Assembly: GCF_036365525.1 (NCBI RefSeq)
Contig: NC_090416.1
Span: 14,976,945-15,040,944 of the forward strand
Direction of reading: 5' to 3'
DNA from: Heterodontus francisci
Taxonomy: Eukaryota
DNA: 64,000 nt
Within the stretch, counting starts at the first letter, position 1. Each line of letters begins with the position of its first letter. Positions 1-12,989 of the stretch are shown here, in pieces. Made by a program: the position numbers and the translations under genes. The notes beneath the pieces are model-generated. The model searched no databases, had not been told where the DNA came from, and was given only the letters and a program-made list of their open reading frames with translations.

Positions 1-450
1 GGGTTTGGTCTTAATTCTAAATCTTCTTAATTCTAGCGGCTAATGCAATTGAACAATCCCGGTTGGGTGGGGGGAGGGGGAGGGGGCTCGGGAGGAAGAC
101 GGAAGGCGAGGAGAGTGTTCTCATCTCACTGTAGAGATAAGCAGAATAAAAATAGCAGAAAGCTGGCAATCTGAAATAGAAACAGAAACTGCTGGATATT
201 CACAGTAAAGTATGACGGAGGCATTACACAGGGATCATTAACCTGCTCTTTCTATTATCAGATGGAGAAAGGGCTGTGGTATATGATCCGTTTCTAGTTG
301 GAGGGGCGAGTAGGATTCGATATAAATGAAAACGTTGCAAACTGTGACCAGTTCTATTAAACATGTGAAATATCCAGCATGAGACATGTGGCATCTTATC
401 CTAAAAAATCGCCTTCCTGTATATTATGAAAGCGGTTTCAATGAGCTTAC

Positions 451-3400
451 CTTTGTTGCACCCCGATTTGTCCGCTTCGCCTCTGTTTGTCGGTTGTCAT
501 CTGCGTATCAATAATTAACATATGTGGTGACATATTATCCCAGTCCGGATAATCCATGATTAATTACAGAGACACAGTGCGCCAAATACTCGCCAATACA
601 CCATGCCCCCAATGCGCCAATGGTCCCCAATGCCTCAACGGTTACCGACACGCCAATGATCCCTCAATAAGCCAATGATCCTCATTAATCCAATATACAT
701 CCATTACGCCAATCATCCCCCAATGCGCTAATTCAGCGCACCACCCATATGTCAGTGATGTCCCAATATGCCAATGGCCCTCATTATGTCAAGGTTCCCC
801 ATATGCCAGAGATCCCCAATAACGCCAATCACCCACAATAAAGGACTCGAACGATCTACCGCCGGTGTCCGGCCTGTAATCTCCATCTGATACATTACTG
901 CCAGTTTTAATAATCAATAATTAGAGTTTTCTGTCCGATCAACGGACAGGAACACGATTTAGAATATTCTGATGGTGGAAAATGGACTTATTTGATCCTC
1001 TAGCTTTCCCGCCTTTGATATTCAATCTATACCAGCATTTGAATCCGACTTACCCGATCGTCGCTGATTCCTTTCCCCTCTTAGCTTTCTCTCTCTCAAG
1101 CTAAAAATGCGGACAAAATATCAAACAAATGTTAACCTCTTATAAATCCTGAGTCACGTGCCATAATAATTGATAAGAGAATTGTGGAATGGTCTTAGAA
1201 TTAATCTTTAAAAAAATGCGGAAAATATAAACATATGGTTGTTGGGGTTTAACTGGGTTTGACACAGTGTGAAATACAGTGAGACTGTTCATGATGAATT
1301 TTACAAATGGTTCAATTACTCACTTTTCATTGTGGGGTCTCCTGACTCTTTCTTCTGAAACAATAAACTGTAATCAGCATTTCAAACTGCGAGAAGGGAA
1401 TCACATTGAACAAACAATTCTTACAATTTCCCTGATAGACACGAATTTCTCACCTGATCTGCCTCTTTTATGAATGCAAATGGAAATGAGGATCAAGAGT
1501 AGAACCAGGAACACGGTGCCGAATATGGCCGCGGGTAGGGTCAGATTGCACGACTGTACAGAGACTGCTATTTGGTCTGCGAACGCATAGAATGGGATAA
1601 ATTGCACAATGTTTGGTAGGTAGCATCAATTGATAGACAGCGCTGTCGGCATTACCCCATAATTATAATGTACCAATATTCCAAAATATGAAGCCAATCT
1701 TTTATTTGAAAACTGAGTCATGGAATCAAACAGCACAGGAGGAGGTAATCCGGCCTGTCGTGCCTACGCTGGCTCTTTGAAAAAGTTATCCAATTAGTTC
1801 CAATACACCCTCAGCTCTTTCCTCCCATAGTCCTGTTAATGCTCTCCCTTTAAGTATGTCTCCAAGGCCCTGTTGAAAGTCGCTATTGAATTTGCTTCCA
1901 TCGCCCTTTCAGGCAGCACAGTCCAAAACACAGCAACTCACTGCGTTAAAGGAAAAAAACCCATTTCCTCCTCAGGATCTTTTGCCAATTAGTTAGACTG
2001 GTTAGAGACCCGCCTGCCAGTGAAAACCGTTTATCCTTATTTGCTCTATCAAAACCTTTCATGAATTTGAATACCTATATTAAATCTCCTCTTAACCTTC
2101 TCCGCTCTAAAGAGAAAAATCCCAGCTTCTCCAGTCTCTCCACATTAGTACCTCAACCTTGGGACCATTCTAGTAAATCTCCTCTGTACTTGAGGCTTTG
2201 TAATCCTTGCTAAAGTGTGTTGCCCAGAATTGAACACAATCTTCCATCTGGGGCCCGACCAGTGATATATAGCCTATAACTTTCTCTTGTACTCGATTCC
2301 TCCATTAACAAAGCCAAGGATCCAATATGTCATTTAATAACCATTTCAACTTGTCCTGTCAGCTTCAAAGATTTCTTTTCGTGCACCCATGTGCTTTATC
2401 AGGGGTAAACTGAAAAAGTTTCCAACAAGTCAATTTCAGGCAAGTTTCATATCCTGTTATATCCCTTTGCTGATATCACAAAGTAAATTTAAAATTACAA
2501 TTCATTTTACGAGGTAATTGGGGATTGATAAGGGAGGTTCCTGGAAATGATAAAGAAAACGGGTGGAAATGAGAAAGCATCTCATCCCAGCAGACGTGTC
2601 CATTTTTCCAACAATTTCATCCCTTCACTGCTTTCTGCTCGTAAAACAGGTTCAGTGTAGAATTTAACTCAAATCCGCTCCATGATCCACTTCCTGAAAG
2701 AGCGACGGAAGCAGATTCAACAATAACTTTCAGAAGCGAATCGGATTATTACTGGAAGGGGATAATTTTGCAGGGCTATGGGGAAAGGGTTGGACTGATT
2801 GAATAGCTTTTTCAAAGGACCGGCACAGGCACGATGGGCCGAATGGGATCTTTCTGCTCTGTGTCATTCTATCATTCCAAGATGACACACAGAAATCTAA
2901 ACTCAGCCGCGGAAATATATACAAGAGCAGGACTCCATCTGGGACAGACGATAACCGTGACTTCTTGCAACATATTTGAACAGACTGAACGCAGTATTTG
3001 TCCTGATATATTTCTATATGTATGTTTATCCCGTGCAGATGCTTGATTTACAGACTGTAGGCGCCTAGAAGCTAGTGAACTCCTCCAATTGACGTTAAAG
3101 CTGAGTACAAGCCTTCATTGTACAAATCACCAACTCACCTGACATGGCTTTGGAGATGGACACGCTCTTTGACCAGGATTTGCCCGGAGACCGCAGTTCA
3201 GCAATACAAGTACAGACACCGCCGCTTCTCCAGCTTTCCCCCGACACCATGACGTGACTTCTGATGCTGCAGGTCCCGTCCGGCTGGATTGTACCGGAAT
3301 CGCTCCGTCCCTCGGTGAGCTGGCCGGAAATGTTCCAGAAAATAACAATCTGCCGGGAAGAAACGCCACTGACCAAACACAGTAAGGGAACTGTTTCCCT

Positions 3401-4196
3401 CAAATGCAGATCTTCCAGAGGGACAAATACCAGCAGCGCCGTCTTGTTAGTGGAACTGTCTGGACACAGATTGAGACACAGTTAACGATTAGTTTGCACC
3501 AAAAGATGAAGTTGTGCATGATCTGGATACAATTTGCTCACTCTCTTACCTCCAACCAGTAGCGTGGGTCCATTCTGGAGCGGTGCATAGCCATCTACAT
3601 CAGCACAGTAGTAGGACCCGGAGTCATTCACCTGGACATTGCGAATTTCCAGTATCAATTCATGCTCGTTTTCGCCTTTTTTAGAAACAAACTTACAATC
3701 GGTCCCATCACAGGGTGGGATATCGATTAGTCTCGGGGCTTCACCCACAAGTTGCTTGTACCAGAAATAGCTAGTCACTACTTCCACTTCATACGTTTGG
3801 TGACAGGCTAGTTTCACTGTCTTGCCGACTTCAGCTGTCACTGTGAAGGGACTCTGAGACAGAAAGGGCTCGGAATCTGCAACTACAGAGATTATTGTAA
3901 CATTACAGCTGATTATTGAGAGATGGAAAGAAGCCGCTTTGAAACACATCACTTAGAATGGAAGAACAACCTCATTATTGCTTTTAGATCTTGTTGGCGC
4001 TATTTTCCTTTTCTTCGCTTTATAAGAGGAGCAGAAAGTAAACTAATATTATCAGGCCGAATCCCTTCACCGGATAATGGTCACATTTTCACCTTAGTGA
4101 ACACTGACTCTGGCTGATTCGATTTAAGAATTCTCACTCACCGCGAACCCGGAGTACTTGGAAAATGAGCATCAGAGAAAAAGCCTCTCTGAACAT
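451..4196 (-). CDS. Receptor A1: non-rearranging V(J)-C1 Ig-superfamily type I membrane receptor with uncharged TM and open cytoplasmic tail (3' end outside window)
   Basis: Phase-consistent GT/AG exons: leader 4196-4142 (MFREAFSLMLIFQVLRVR), V 3882-3550, C1 3459-3139, TM 1576-1454 (DQIAVSVQSCNLTLPAAIFGTVFLVLLLILISICIHKRGRS), cytoplasmic 1354-1324, 1100-1054, 500-451 (EERVRRPHNENLRERKLRGERNQRRSDDNRQTEAKRTNRGATK). No stops. Ends at a phase-0 donor. Confidence 0.85.
560..840. repeat. Degenerate minisatellite (GCCAATGATCCCC-like units) in an A1 intron
   Basis: Repeated gccaat/ccccaat words. A shorter inverted counterpart lies at about 36430-36560. Confidence 0.55.
3139..3459 (-). CDS. A1 C1-set Ig exon
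   Basis: LLCLVSG..IFWN..DGTCSIRSHV..W..VCTC. 321-nt phase-1 exon. Confidence 0.88.
3550..3882 (-). CDS. A1 V-set Ig exon including the J-like G strand
   Basis: LAC..WYKQ..DSGSYYC..LQNGPTLLVG then GTAAGA donor. No RSS after the YYC. Confidence 0.9.
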
Positions 4197-7050
4197 CCTG
4201 AGGCCGGAGCCGGGGTGAGTTCTCCCCGTGTTCAGTCTCAACAGTTTGTTTGTGTAGGTGGAGTGGGCGCCGATTGACCTGAGCCCAGTCACAGTGAGTT
4301 GCGCCTCTGTGGACGCGGTGGAAAGTATGACCAACTATGGAACGTATGACACCATTTTGGGTGCAGTGTCCTGGTGGATCTCACATCTCATACATTTGAC
4401 ACACTGTGGTCAGCGCCTGTGCGTCACAGCAATCGAATGGCAGAGGAGCTATAAATAGATTTACTAGATTGTCCTTCAGACAGGGTGGCGGAAAGCTAAA
4501 GGTGTGAATTTCTGCATTTATCAATCTGCTGAATATTATTTTTGCAGTTAATGCTTCATTCATCCTAGGGAGGCAGCCGGCGCTGGCAATTATTGCCCAT
4601 CACTTGTAGCCCCTTGAGAAGGTGGTGATGGGTCTTCTAGACTCACTGCAAGTATTGTGATGAAGGTACACCTGCAGTGATGTAAAGGAGGGAGTTCCAG
4701 GATATTGCCCCAGTGTCAGTGAAGGAACGGCGATATATTTTCAAGTCAGGATGGTGTGTGACTTGGAGGGGAACTTGCAGGTGGTTGTGGTCCCATGTTC
4801 TTCTAGATGGAAGAGGCCGCTGGTTTAGGAGGTGAAAGTCAGGAGTACAGAATGTGATCCAATATAATTTATTCTGTAAAGAGGTTGTACAACATCCTTG
4901 AAACAACTTGCTTGCACCGAGACTGGAAAATGATGGATGAATCTGTGTGCGGTTTAATGTTGATTTTTAGTTGTTGGTCTATTGTTACCCAGAACACAAG
5001 ACACGCGGAAATTTAACGCGGTCAAACACGTTCATTCTCATCCAGAATCTGAATGACTGAATCCTATTTTAAATTCTGTCCGTCCATTTAAACTTTCCGT
5101 GCACCGTCCTCCTTTCTGTTAAGTCTCATTGATCAGGTTTCCACAGACTGAATCTATTGCACAAAATGCCAGTGGGGCTTAAACTGTTCTAAATATTCTG
5201 AATTCATTGTATAATTACATTTACTAGTGGTTTAATTGAGCGACTCGGAAAAGGTAGTTTCAAACAGTGATTGCAATGTTACATGGTGTATTTTAATTTC
5301 GGTGTTTGCAGCTGTTCAGTGGATAATTCATTGCAGTTATGACTTCTTTGCAATAAACCTTCAGGTCCTTTGATGTTACAGTACAACAACAATAACATAT
5401 ACTGATAAGCATCACCTATAATTTTAAAGCTCAGAAACAGGCCATTCGGCTCAACATGTTCCTTGCTGGTGTTTCTGCACCACACAAGCCTCCTCCCACC
5501 CCCTCTTCATCTCACCCGATCAGCAGATCCTTCTATTCCTTTCTCCCTCGTGTGTTTATCGAGCTCCCCCTTAAATGTATCTCTGCTATTCACGTCAACC
5601 ACTCCCTGTGGTAGCGAGTTCCACATTCTCACCACTCTCTGGGGAAAGAAGTTTCTCCTTAATTCCCTATTGGACTTATTAGTGACCGTCTTATATTGAT
5701 GGCCCCTCCTTCTGGTCTCCCACACATGTGGAAACTACGTCGGCACTATCAAACCCTTTCATAATTTTTAAGACCTCTATCAGCCTTGTCTTTCCTCGAG
5801 AAAATTACTCCGGCCTGTTCGATATTTCTTGATAATTGTAACCTCTCAGTTCTGGTATCATCTGAGTGAATATGTTTTGCACCTTCTTATGTGGCTCCGT
5901 ATACTTATTTATAACATGGGAACCAAAACTATGCTCAGTAACTTCATGTTTTGTCTACGCAAGGTTCTATATAAGAACATCACATCTTCTTTTCAATGAT
6001 ATTCCTCTAGAAGTGAACCCCAGGGCTTTGTTTGCACTTCTTCCAGCAAAGGTCACAAGCAATTACGTCAAAGGGGGTTTGCTTTAGAATTAGTTATAGC
6101 GATTGAATGAACCAGGCGTTTGATAGCAGCAACAACAGGCCAGCACCTGATGCCTATCTTTACCGGGCTTGTATTTAGACTCTAAACCAAGGTCGCACTC
6201 CACATTCCGCGGTTGGATGACTGAGTTCACTGCTAAAATAAACCGGACAGAATCGGGTCACAGCATCCAGCGGTGGCTGAGGCTGAATCACTCCACAGTT
6301 TTCCTTTTATCCGGAATGGGACCATTTTGGACTTCATTTTTGCATTTAATATTCGTGAATATTTAATTTGAAAACGTTTCTGCACGAGGAAATGATAATT
6401 TGATGTAATCAAACACTTCTCCTTTTCTCTAGATGAAAGCAAGAGTCTAGTAGTTTATTTTATTCATTGTCCGGATGTGGCGTCTCTGGCAAGGCCAGCA
6501 GTTACTGCCCATCCTTAATTGCACTTGGGAAGGTGGTGGTGAGTCACTTTCTTGAACTGCTGCAGTCCCTTTGATGTAGGTCCACCCACAGTGCTGTTAG
6601 GAGGAGGTTCCAGGAATTGGACCCAGTGACAGTGAAGGAACAGCTGATATATTTCCCATTCAAAATGGTGTGTGTCTTGGAGGGGAACTTGCATGTGGTG
6701 GTGGTTCTATGCACCCACCACCCCTGGCCTCCTCGGTGTTGGAAGCCAGTGTGAGTTGTTGCAGAGTTGGCTGTATGTCGACAGTACCCACTGCAGTCCC
6801 AGTGCTGGTGATGGAGGGAATTGATCTTTAGTGAATGATACTGAGGTTCAGTTATTCCTATCCAAACACCGGGCATTGCAGAAAAACAGGGCGCGGTGTC
6901 ACATGGAAGAGGACACTGTAAATGTGGTTACTGTACACCAGTCTGCTCTCTGAACCTGGGTCGTAAACTCTTTTCTGTCTGTGGTTCAAAATTGAGTCTC
7001 GCTGTTTGACCTTTGCAGGCAGTTGTGTATGTGTGCGCCAGACCTGTAAA

Positions 7051-7065
7051 AACAGGAAAACCACA
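7051..7065 (+). promoter_or_regulatory. ETS-RUNX composite site (AACAGGAAAACCACA) in a promoter-like block homologous to the gene B upstream region
   Basis: Motif seen directly. Flanking sequence aligns with 46200-46380 (minus) and 30000-30150 (minus). Confidence 0.5.
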
Positions 7066-7622
7066 GAGAGCTTCTACCTCACACATTATTTTCCAGCTCG
7101 AGAGCAAGTTATTATGAAATTGGGCCAGCGATTTCCACCACTCGCTGCACTTTGCACATCTGTGCACTTTGCACATCTCGTCGGAGGCTGCCCCAGCAGA
7201 ATGGGTCTTTGTGAGGTTCACAGCAAGCGCAGCGGTCACAGGCAATGCGCTTCTTTACTGCCAGCACCCTCTTTGTTTCAAGGTACCTGAATCGTTTCTT
7301 TGTCATTTAAGGTCAAACATTTCTGCAATAACATTTCAGACGTTCACTAAGTTACAACATTGTCCGCTCAATCCAGAACCAGTTCAACCAGTAATTAATT
7401 CTACCAGGCGCTTAAAATATAGATTAATGTAACTTGGAATTTCCCCCCAGTTTCCAATCGGTGTCATTCTTCTGAAGATACCAAGCCTTGACATGAATTC
7501 CACAGGAGTCTTCCAGATAATTACAGAGAATTTACAGCACGAGTTTGATGCTCCGATTTTCTAACCATTTCACGTTCCCCATCAGAGTTTCCCCAGGAAA
7601 GAGTGGTTTGATCGAGCAGCAG

Positions 7623-7741
7623 TTGCTAAGTGTTTGTAAGATGGTGGATTCTGACCCTTCCTGTCGTCATAACCATTGGGGTGATCCTGGTTCTACTCTT
7701 GATCCTCATTTCCATTTGGATTCTGAAAAACTGCTGGTCAG
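7623..7741 (+). pseudogene. Orphan A-type transmembrane exon of a relic gene head-to-head with A1
   Basis: ILTLPVVITIGVILVLLLILISIWILKNCWS followed by G|GTGAG donor. The 5' part is out of frame. No V or C exon lies between it and the promoter block. Confidence 0.7.
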
Positions 7742-9881
7742 GTGAGAATTAATGTTAATCAGGGACATTTTAATAATCATTTTATTTAACACTGTGTCAA
7801 ACCCAGTTAAGTCCCAATACACATTCCAGTGCTATGGATGTTTTAATATTTTCCACATTCTTTTAAGATTGATTCTAAGACCACTCCACAATTCTCATCT
7901 CGATATTTATGGCAGGCGACAAAGGATATATATTTTTGTCTGCATGCAGTTTCAGCTTAAACGGAATGTTTGGCCTCGTTAACAGACAGCAGTGGGAGTC
8001 TACAATCATCATCTTAATTTGCATCCAATCCTCATTATCTCTGCAACGCGAAACAGAGCGAATCCATCAGTCGCACTGGTATCTACTAATAGGATAAGAT
8101 AAGGTTTAGGGAGTAATGTCTTCAACAGACACCGGTCCACAGAGTAATCCCAGCAGTTAGTGTTTATATTCGAGATATCCATATATTGCATTTTTTTAAA
8201 TCTTTAGTCGCGATTCCCCCAGTGGAGTTCCTGCTTTTAATACTTTAGCCTCAAGACTTGTTAAGAAAATGCAGAAATGAGACGACATGCCTGGATAATT
8301 ATAAACAGAACTCCAATTATGTTCCAAAATGGTTTCCATCATGAGACGTTATTCAAAATTAATGTATTTATGTGCGTGTATATTGGCGTTCATACATGTG
8401 TGCGTCTGTGTGTGTATCTTTGTGAGTCTGCGTGTGTCTGTGTAGTCTTAATTTATTCTTGAGATGTGGGCGTCACTTGTAAGACCAGCATTTATTATCC
8501 ATCCTTAATTGCCCTTGAGAAGGTGGTGGTGAGCCGCCTTCTTGAACCGCTGCAGTCGATGTGGTGCGGGTACACCCACTGTGCTGTTAAGGAGGCTGTT
8601 CCAGGACACTGGCAGCGAAGGAACGGCTGATATATTTCCAAGATTTCCAAGTCAGGATGGTTTGGGACTTGGAGGGAAATTGCCGTGGGTGGTGCTCCCC
8701 TGCGTCTGCTGCTCTTGTCGTTCTATGCATGTTTGTAAGTGTTTATATATGTGTGTGTGCCTGTGTATATGTCTGTGTACCTGTCTCTGTGTGTCTGAAC
8801 GCGACGCTGTCGTTACCTGTCTAGAGCCCTAAACAGCGAGCTTGACTCCAAATACGAAACGGGTTTTCCAATAATGACCCTGGCAGAAAAACACTCCATG
8901 CTTGCTGCTAGGAAAGCCATAGAGCCGGTTTCTATTCTCTGCAACCAATGTCCTGGGTCCATTATTCAGAATTGTTCCCCTTGACCCTGGAACCAATTAC
9001 GTTGGCAGATGACGTTGATGAAACGTCTGGATTGGTTGGACGTATCTATCAATCAAACAGTCCTGTTGCCTGAGTCGATATTTTGATTTCCAAAGGAATC
9101 TTATTGGATTTTGATTTTAGATATTTTATGATTTGAGTTCGTCTCCTGTTGTCTGTAAACAATAACATTTGTGCTTTATGGCGAAGCAGTAAACTGATGT
9201 AAACACGAATTAAATATCTACATATTTTCCTGCTTTATTATATTTTCCAAGCTCAGGACAGCCCATGTGAACAGACTCTTGCCACAGGCTTAGTTTTTGC
9301 TTCATTGAAACTGTCAGCAACATGAAGGCGGGAGAGAGACGAGAACTCAAATGATTTCCATCAGCTTTACAAAGGGATCCACTGTCGGCGGGAACAGTCA
9401 TTTAAATTGCAAGGTAATGCAACGGGGACTGTCAACACACCTAAAATATCTTAAACTAAAGTGTTTAAGATGATTTAAAGATTGGATAGGGTCGAGAGAG
9501 AGAATATTTCCTCATGTTTAAGGGAGTCCAGAACAAGGGAGCAGAACCTTAAAATTAGAGCCAGGCCGTTCAAGATGATTTCAGGAAGCACCCCTTCACA
9601 CAAAGGGGAGTGGGAATCTGGAACTGTCTCCCCCGAAAGGCTGTCGAGACTGGGGTCAATTGGAAATTTCCAAATTAATGTGGATAAATTATGGTTGGCT
9701 CAGGTTACAGAATCACGGAAATTAAGTGGAGTTAAGATACTGATCAGCCATGATCAAACTGAATGGCGGAACTGGCCTGAGGGGCGATACTGGGATATGA
9801 TAAATATATGTCCAAGGATCTCCCCTGCGAGTTGACCTGATACTCACTCAGGGAAGTTCTTGATTTGAGTAGTATTGTTGT

Positions 9882-9899
9882 TGGCCACTAGGGGCGCTC
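9882..9899 (+). promoter_or_regulatory. CTCF-like motif
   Basis: TGGCCACTAGGGGCGCTC, one G short of the canonical CCACYAGRKGGCGC core. Confidence 0.4.
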
Positions 9900-12800
9900 G
9901 ATCTCTGGTTTCCATTCGGTGTCGATTGAACCCAGGGCCCACCATTCGCTTTACTGTACATTCCCTCAACAGCGACCAAGATTGGCCCATCAATTTAGCT
10001 TAGACTAATTAATTAAACAAGACTGATTAGTTAACCGGATGTTAAATATCCACAGATGCTGCTGAAATTTGTTTCAGATTTCTAGTATCTGCAGTATATT
10101 GCTTTTATTAAATATGCTTAATTCTCGAGAGATTTTGCTGTCGTTTGTTATATTTTAAAATGAAAGCTTGGGAAACTGTTCTTTCCCAGAGTATAGTAAT
10201 AAGTTACACTGCAATAGGATTTAAAAACACTGCACATCCAGGTGTCAGCAATGGCTCAGTTGCCTCTTGAGTTAGAAGGTTCCAGTCCCAGTCCTGATCT
10301 CAGTATGCTTTACAACCCCCATGAAGTACTTTGGAAGTGTAATCACTCTTAGAATGTAGTTGACCTGCAGACAGGTTGAGCACAGCAAGCTCCCACAAAC
10401 AGCAGATTGTTAAATATCTGATAGTCTACTTTCGTGATGCTGGTTGAGTAATTACCATTGAGCAGGGAAACTCTGCTCTTCTTAAAAAGAGTTATTGTAC
10501 GTCTGAGAGGGCTCGGAGTAACGTCTCATCTGAAAGTTGACACCTGCAACAGTGCGGCACACCATCAGTACTGCACTGGGAGTGTCAGTCTGTATTTTGT
10601 GCTGAACCCTCTTGAGTTAGATTCTAACCCACAATCGTCTGACTCAGGTGAGCAGAGGGGGTTGTTACATTCTCTTACAGATGAATCGAACACTCCCTGA
10701 GCAGAATCGTCAAAAACAAGGAAAAATAAGGACCGATCATCCTCGAAATAACCAAGCGACACCTGACTATTCCTGGGAAGACGTGAACACCTTGGATGAC
10801 ACCTAGGAATTAAATCCAATCCACAATAAAATTGTAAAGACGGTATCTGTACATGTGCGTTTCAACAAAAGATACACCTTGCGTAATAGAGTTGCACACA
10901 CTTATCCTGTTTCAGAATAAAATGAATTCCAGTGCTGACACATTACAGTACATAAACATTTACCCACATCAATTTGCATCTTGCATTGGTTTGACAGTTG
11001 CACCAGTCTGTATATCTCATCCGAGTCTGCTACTACTATGTTCCTTATTTATTGCTTTGGCAATGTTTTTTTCATTCGTAAACATCAAAATTGTACTCCT
11101 TCTAGCAAATTCATTTGCATACTCCTAATCCAATTCCCTGGGGGAACGCCACTGCATACTTCCCTCTAGTCAGAAAAACATCACTACTCTCTGACTGTTA
11201 TCCTTTACAAAATTTGGTGCCCAGGTTACCAGTGTACCATGGTTTAAATACCATGTGCTTCTATTTGCTGAATAAATCTGTTATCTGGTATTTTGTCAAG
11301 TATCTAATATATGTGCATAAATTTCATTTATAATGAATGAATTGGATAGTTACCTGAAGAGAACAATTTGCAGGTCTCTGAGGAAAGGGACGTTGGAATA
11401 GCTGAGTAGCTCTTAAACAGAACAAGCACAGACACGATGGGCCGAATGACCTCCTTCTGTGCTGGAACAATTCCATGATCCTAAAACATCATCAAACATT
11501 TTTTTTAGTTCATCCAGAAACACAATGTCTGGGTTTTATCAAATGACATGAAGCCCCAACACCAGGGTCATTTGTATGTCACGTGGCCACAGAGGTGATT
11601 GGTGATTTATTTGGTCCCAACCTGCTCATAATTCAGCATTCTGTAATCAATGCCAATCCAACAGCTTCCAAAGGACAGTAGGAGGCAGAATGTCTCTGCA
11701 TTTAACCTGAGCTCAAGGGGTTTGCATCTCGACACTGGGAGGCAATAGTCTTAACATTACAGAGAATTACATCGAGTTTACACCACAGAATCAGGCCATT
11801 CGGCCCATCTGGTTCATACTGGTGTTTCTGCTTCAAACTAACCTCCTCCCACTCCTCTTCAACTCACCCTATCAGCATATCCTTTCTACCTAGTGTGTTT
11901 ATCCAGCTTCCCCTTAAACGTATCTCTGATATTCACCTCAACCACACCCTGTGGCAGCGATTTCTACATTCTCACCACTCTGCGTAAAGAAGCTTCTCCT
12001 GAATTTCTGATTGGATTTATTAGTGACTATCTTATATTAATGGGCCCTAGTTCTGGCCTCCCAACAACTGGAAACACCTTCTCTACGTCTACCCTATCGA
12101 ACCCTTCATAATTTTAAAGACCTCTATCAGATCATCACTCAGTCTTCTCTTCTCGAGGCAAAAGAGCTCCAGCCTGTGTCAACTTTCGCAGAGCTCACGC
12201 CCCCTATTCGACTTAATTATCCCAAAGTTCCATCCAAAATAACAAAGTACATTGAAAAAAGATTCCAACCGTGCTTTCAGGAGTTTACACACAGACACTT
12301 CAACAAAACGTAAAACACTGTAGGAATGTGTTATCAAGGCAAAAATGCTGGAAATGCTCAGCAGGTCAGGCAACACCAGTGAAGAGAGAAACAACTTGCA
12401 TTTATATAGCGCCTTTAACTTAGTAAAACCCCGCAAGACGCTTCACCAGAGAGTTATTTAGACAAATCTGATACCGAGCCACATGAAGATATATTACGAC
12501 AGGTTTCGAAAAGCTTGGTCGTGTTTAAGAAGCATCTTAAATGAGGAGACAGAGAGGCGGAGAGGTTTAGAGAGGGAATTCCAGAGCTTAGGACCTGGGC
12601 AGCTGAAGGCACGGCCGCCATGTTGGAGTTGAAGAGGCCAGAATTGGAGGAGCACAGACATCTCGGATAGTTTTAGTGGATGAAGGAGGTTACAGATGTA
12701 GGGAGCAGGTGAGGACCATGGAGGGAGTGGAAAACAAGGATGAGAATTGTAAAATACAGACATTTCCAGATTGAGAGCCAATGCAGGACAGCGAATGTAC

Positions 12801-12989
12801 GGAGATGATGGGTGAATGGGACTTGGTAGGAGTTAGGACACATGGCAGCAGGATAAGCTGAATATGGGAGGTTGGCCAGGCTTTCATGTCACTGACCTTT
12901 CAGCAGCTCTGATGAAAGGTATTTGAACTGAAACGTTAACTCTGTTTAACTTCCTACAAATGCTGCCTGATAGGGTGAGGTGAGACTGA

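Larger units (their letters stand above)
120..9790. repeat. Segmental duplication arm X (inverted copy at about 26130-36970)
   Basis: Colinear reverse-complement similarity across exons, introns and unique sequence, e.g. 9300-9390 vs 26765-26850, 9000-9200 vs 26990-27180, 120-200 vs 36905-36970. Confidence 0.85.

Noticed and set aside
560-840. CRISPR-like repeat array
   Set aside because: Degenerate eukaryotic intronic minisatellite without fixed repeats or unique spacers.
1262-1270. CACAGTG-like heptamers here and elsewhere as RSSs for A/B genes
   Set aside because: No nonamer at 12/23 spacing and not adjacent to V or J coding ends. Only 63820-63847 is a complete RSS.
3095-3138. C1 read-through GELVICTMKAC(T/I)QL* in A1 and A2 as an Ig-like secretory tailpiece
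   Set aside because: Sharing is expected inside a recent duplication, B does not have it, and I saw no nearby polyadenylation signal. It needs cDNA evidence.
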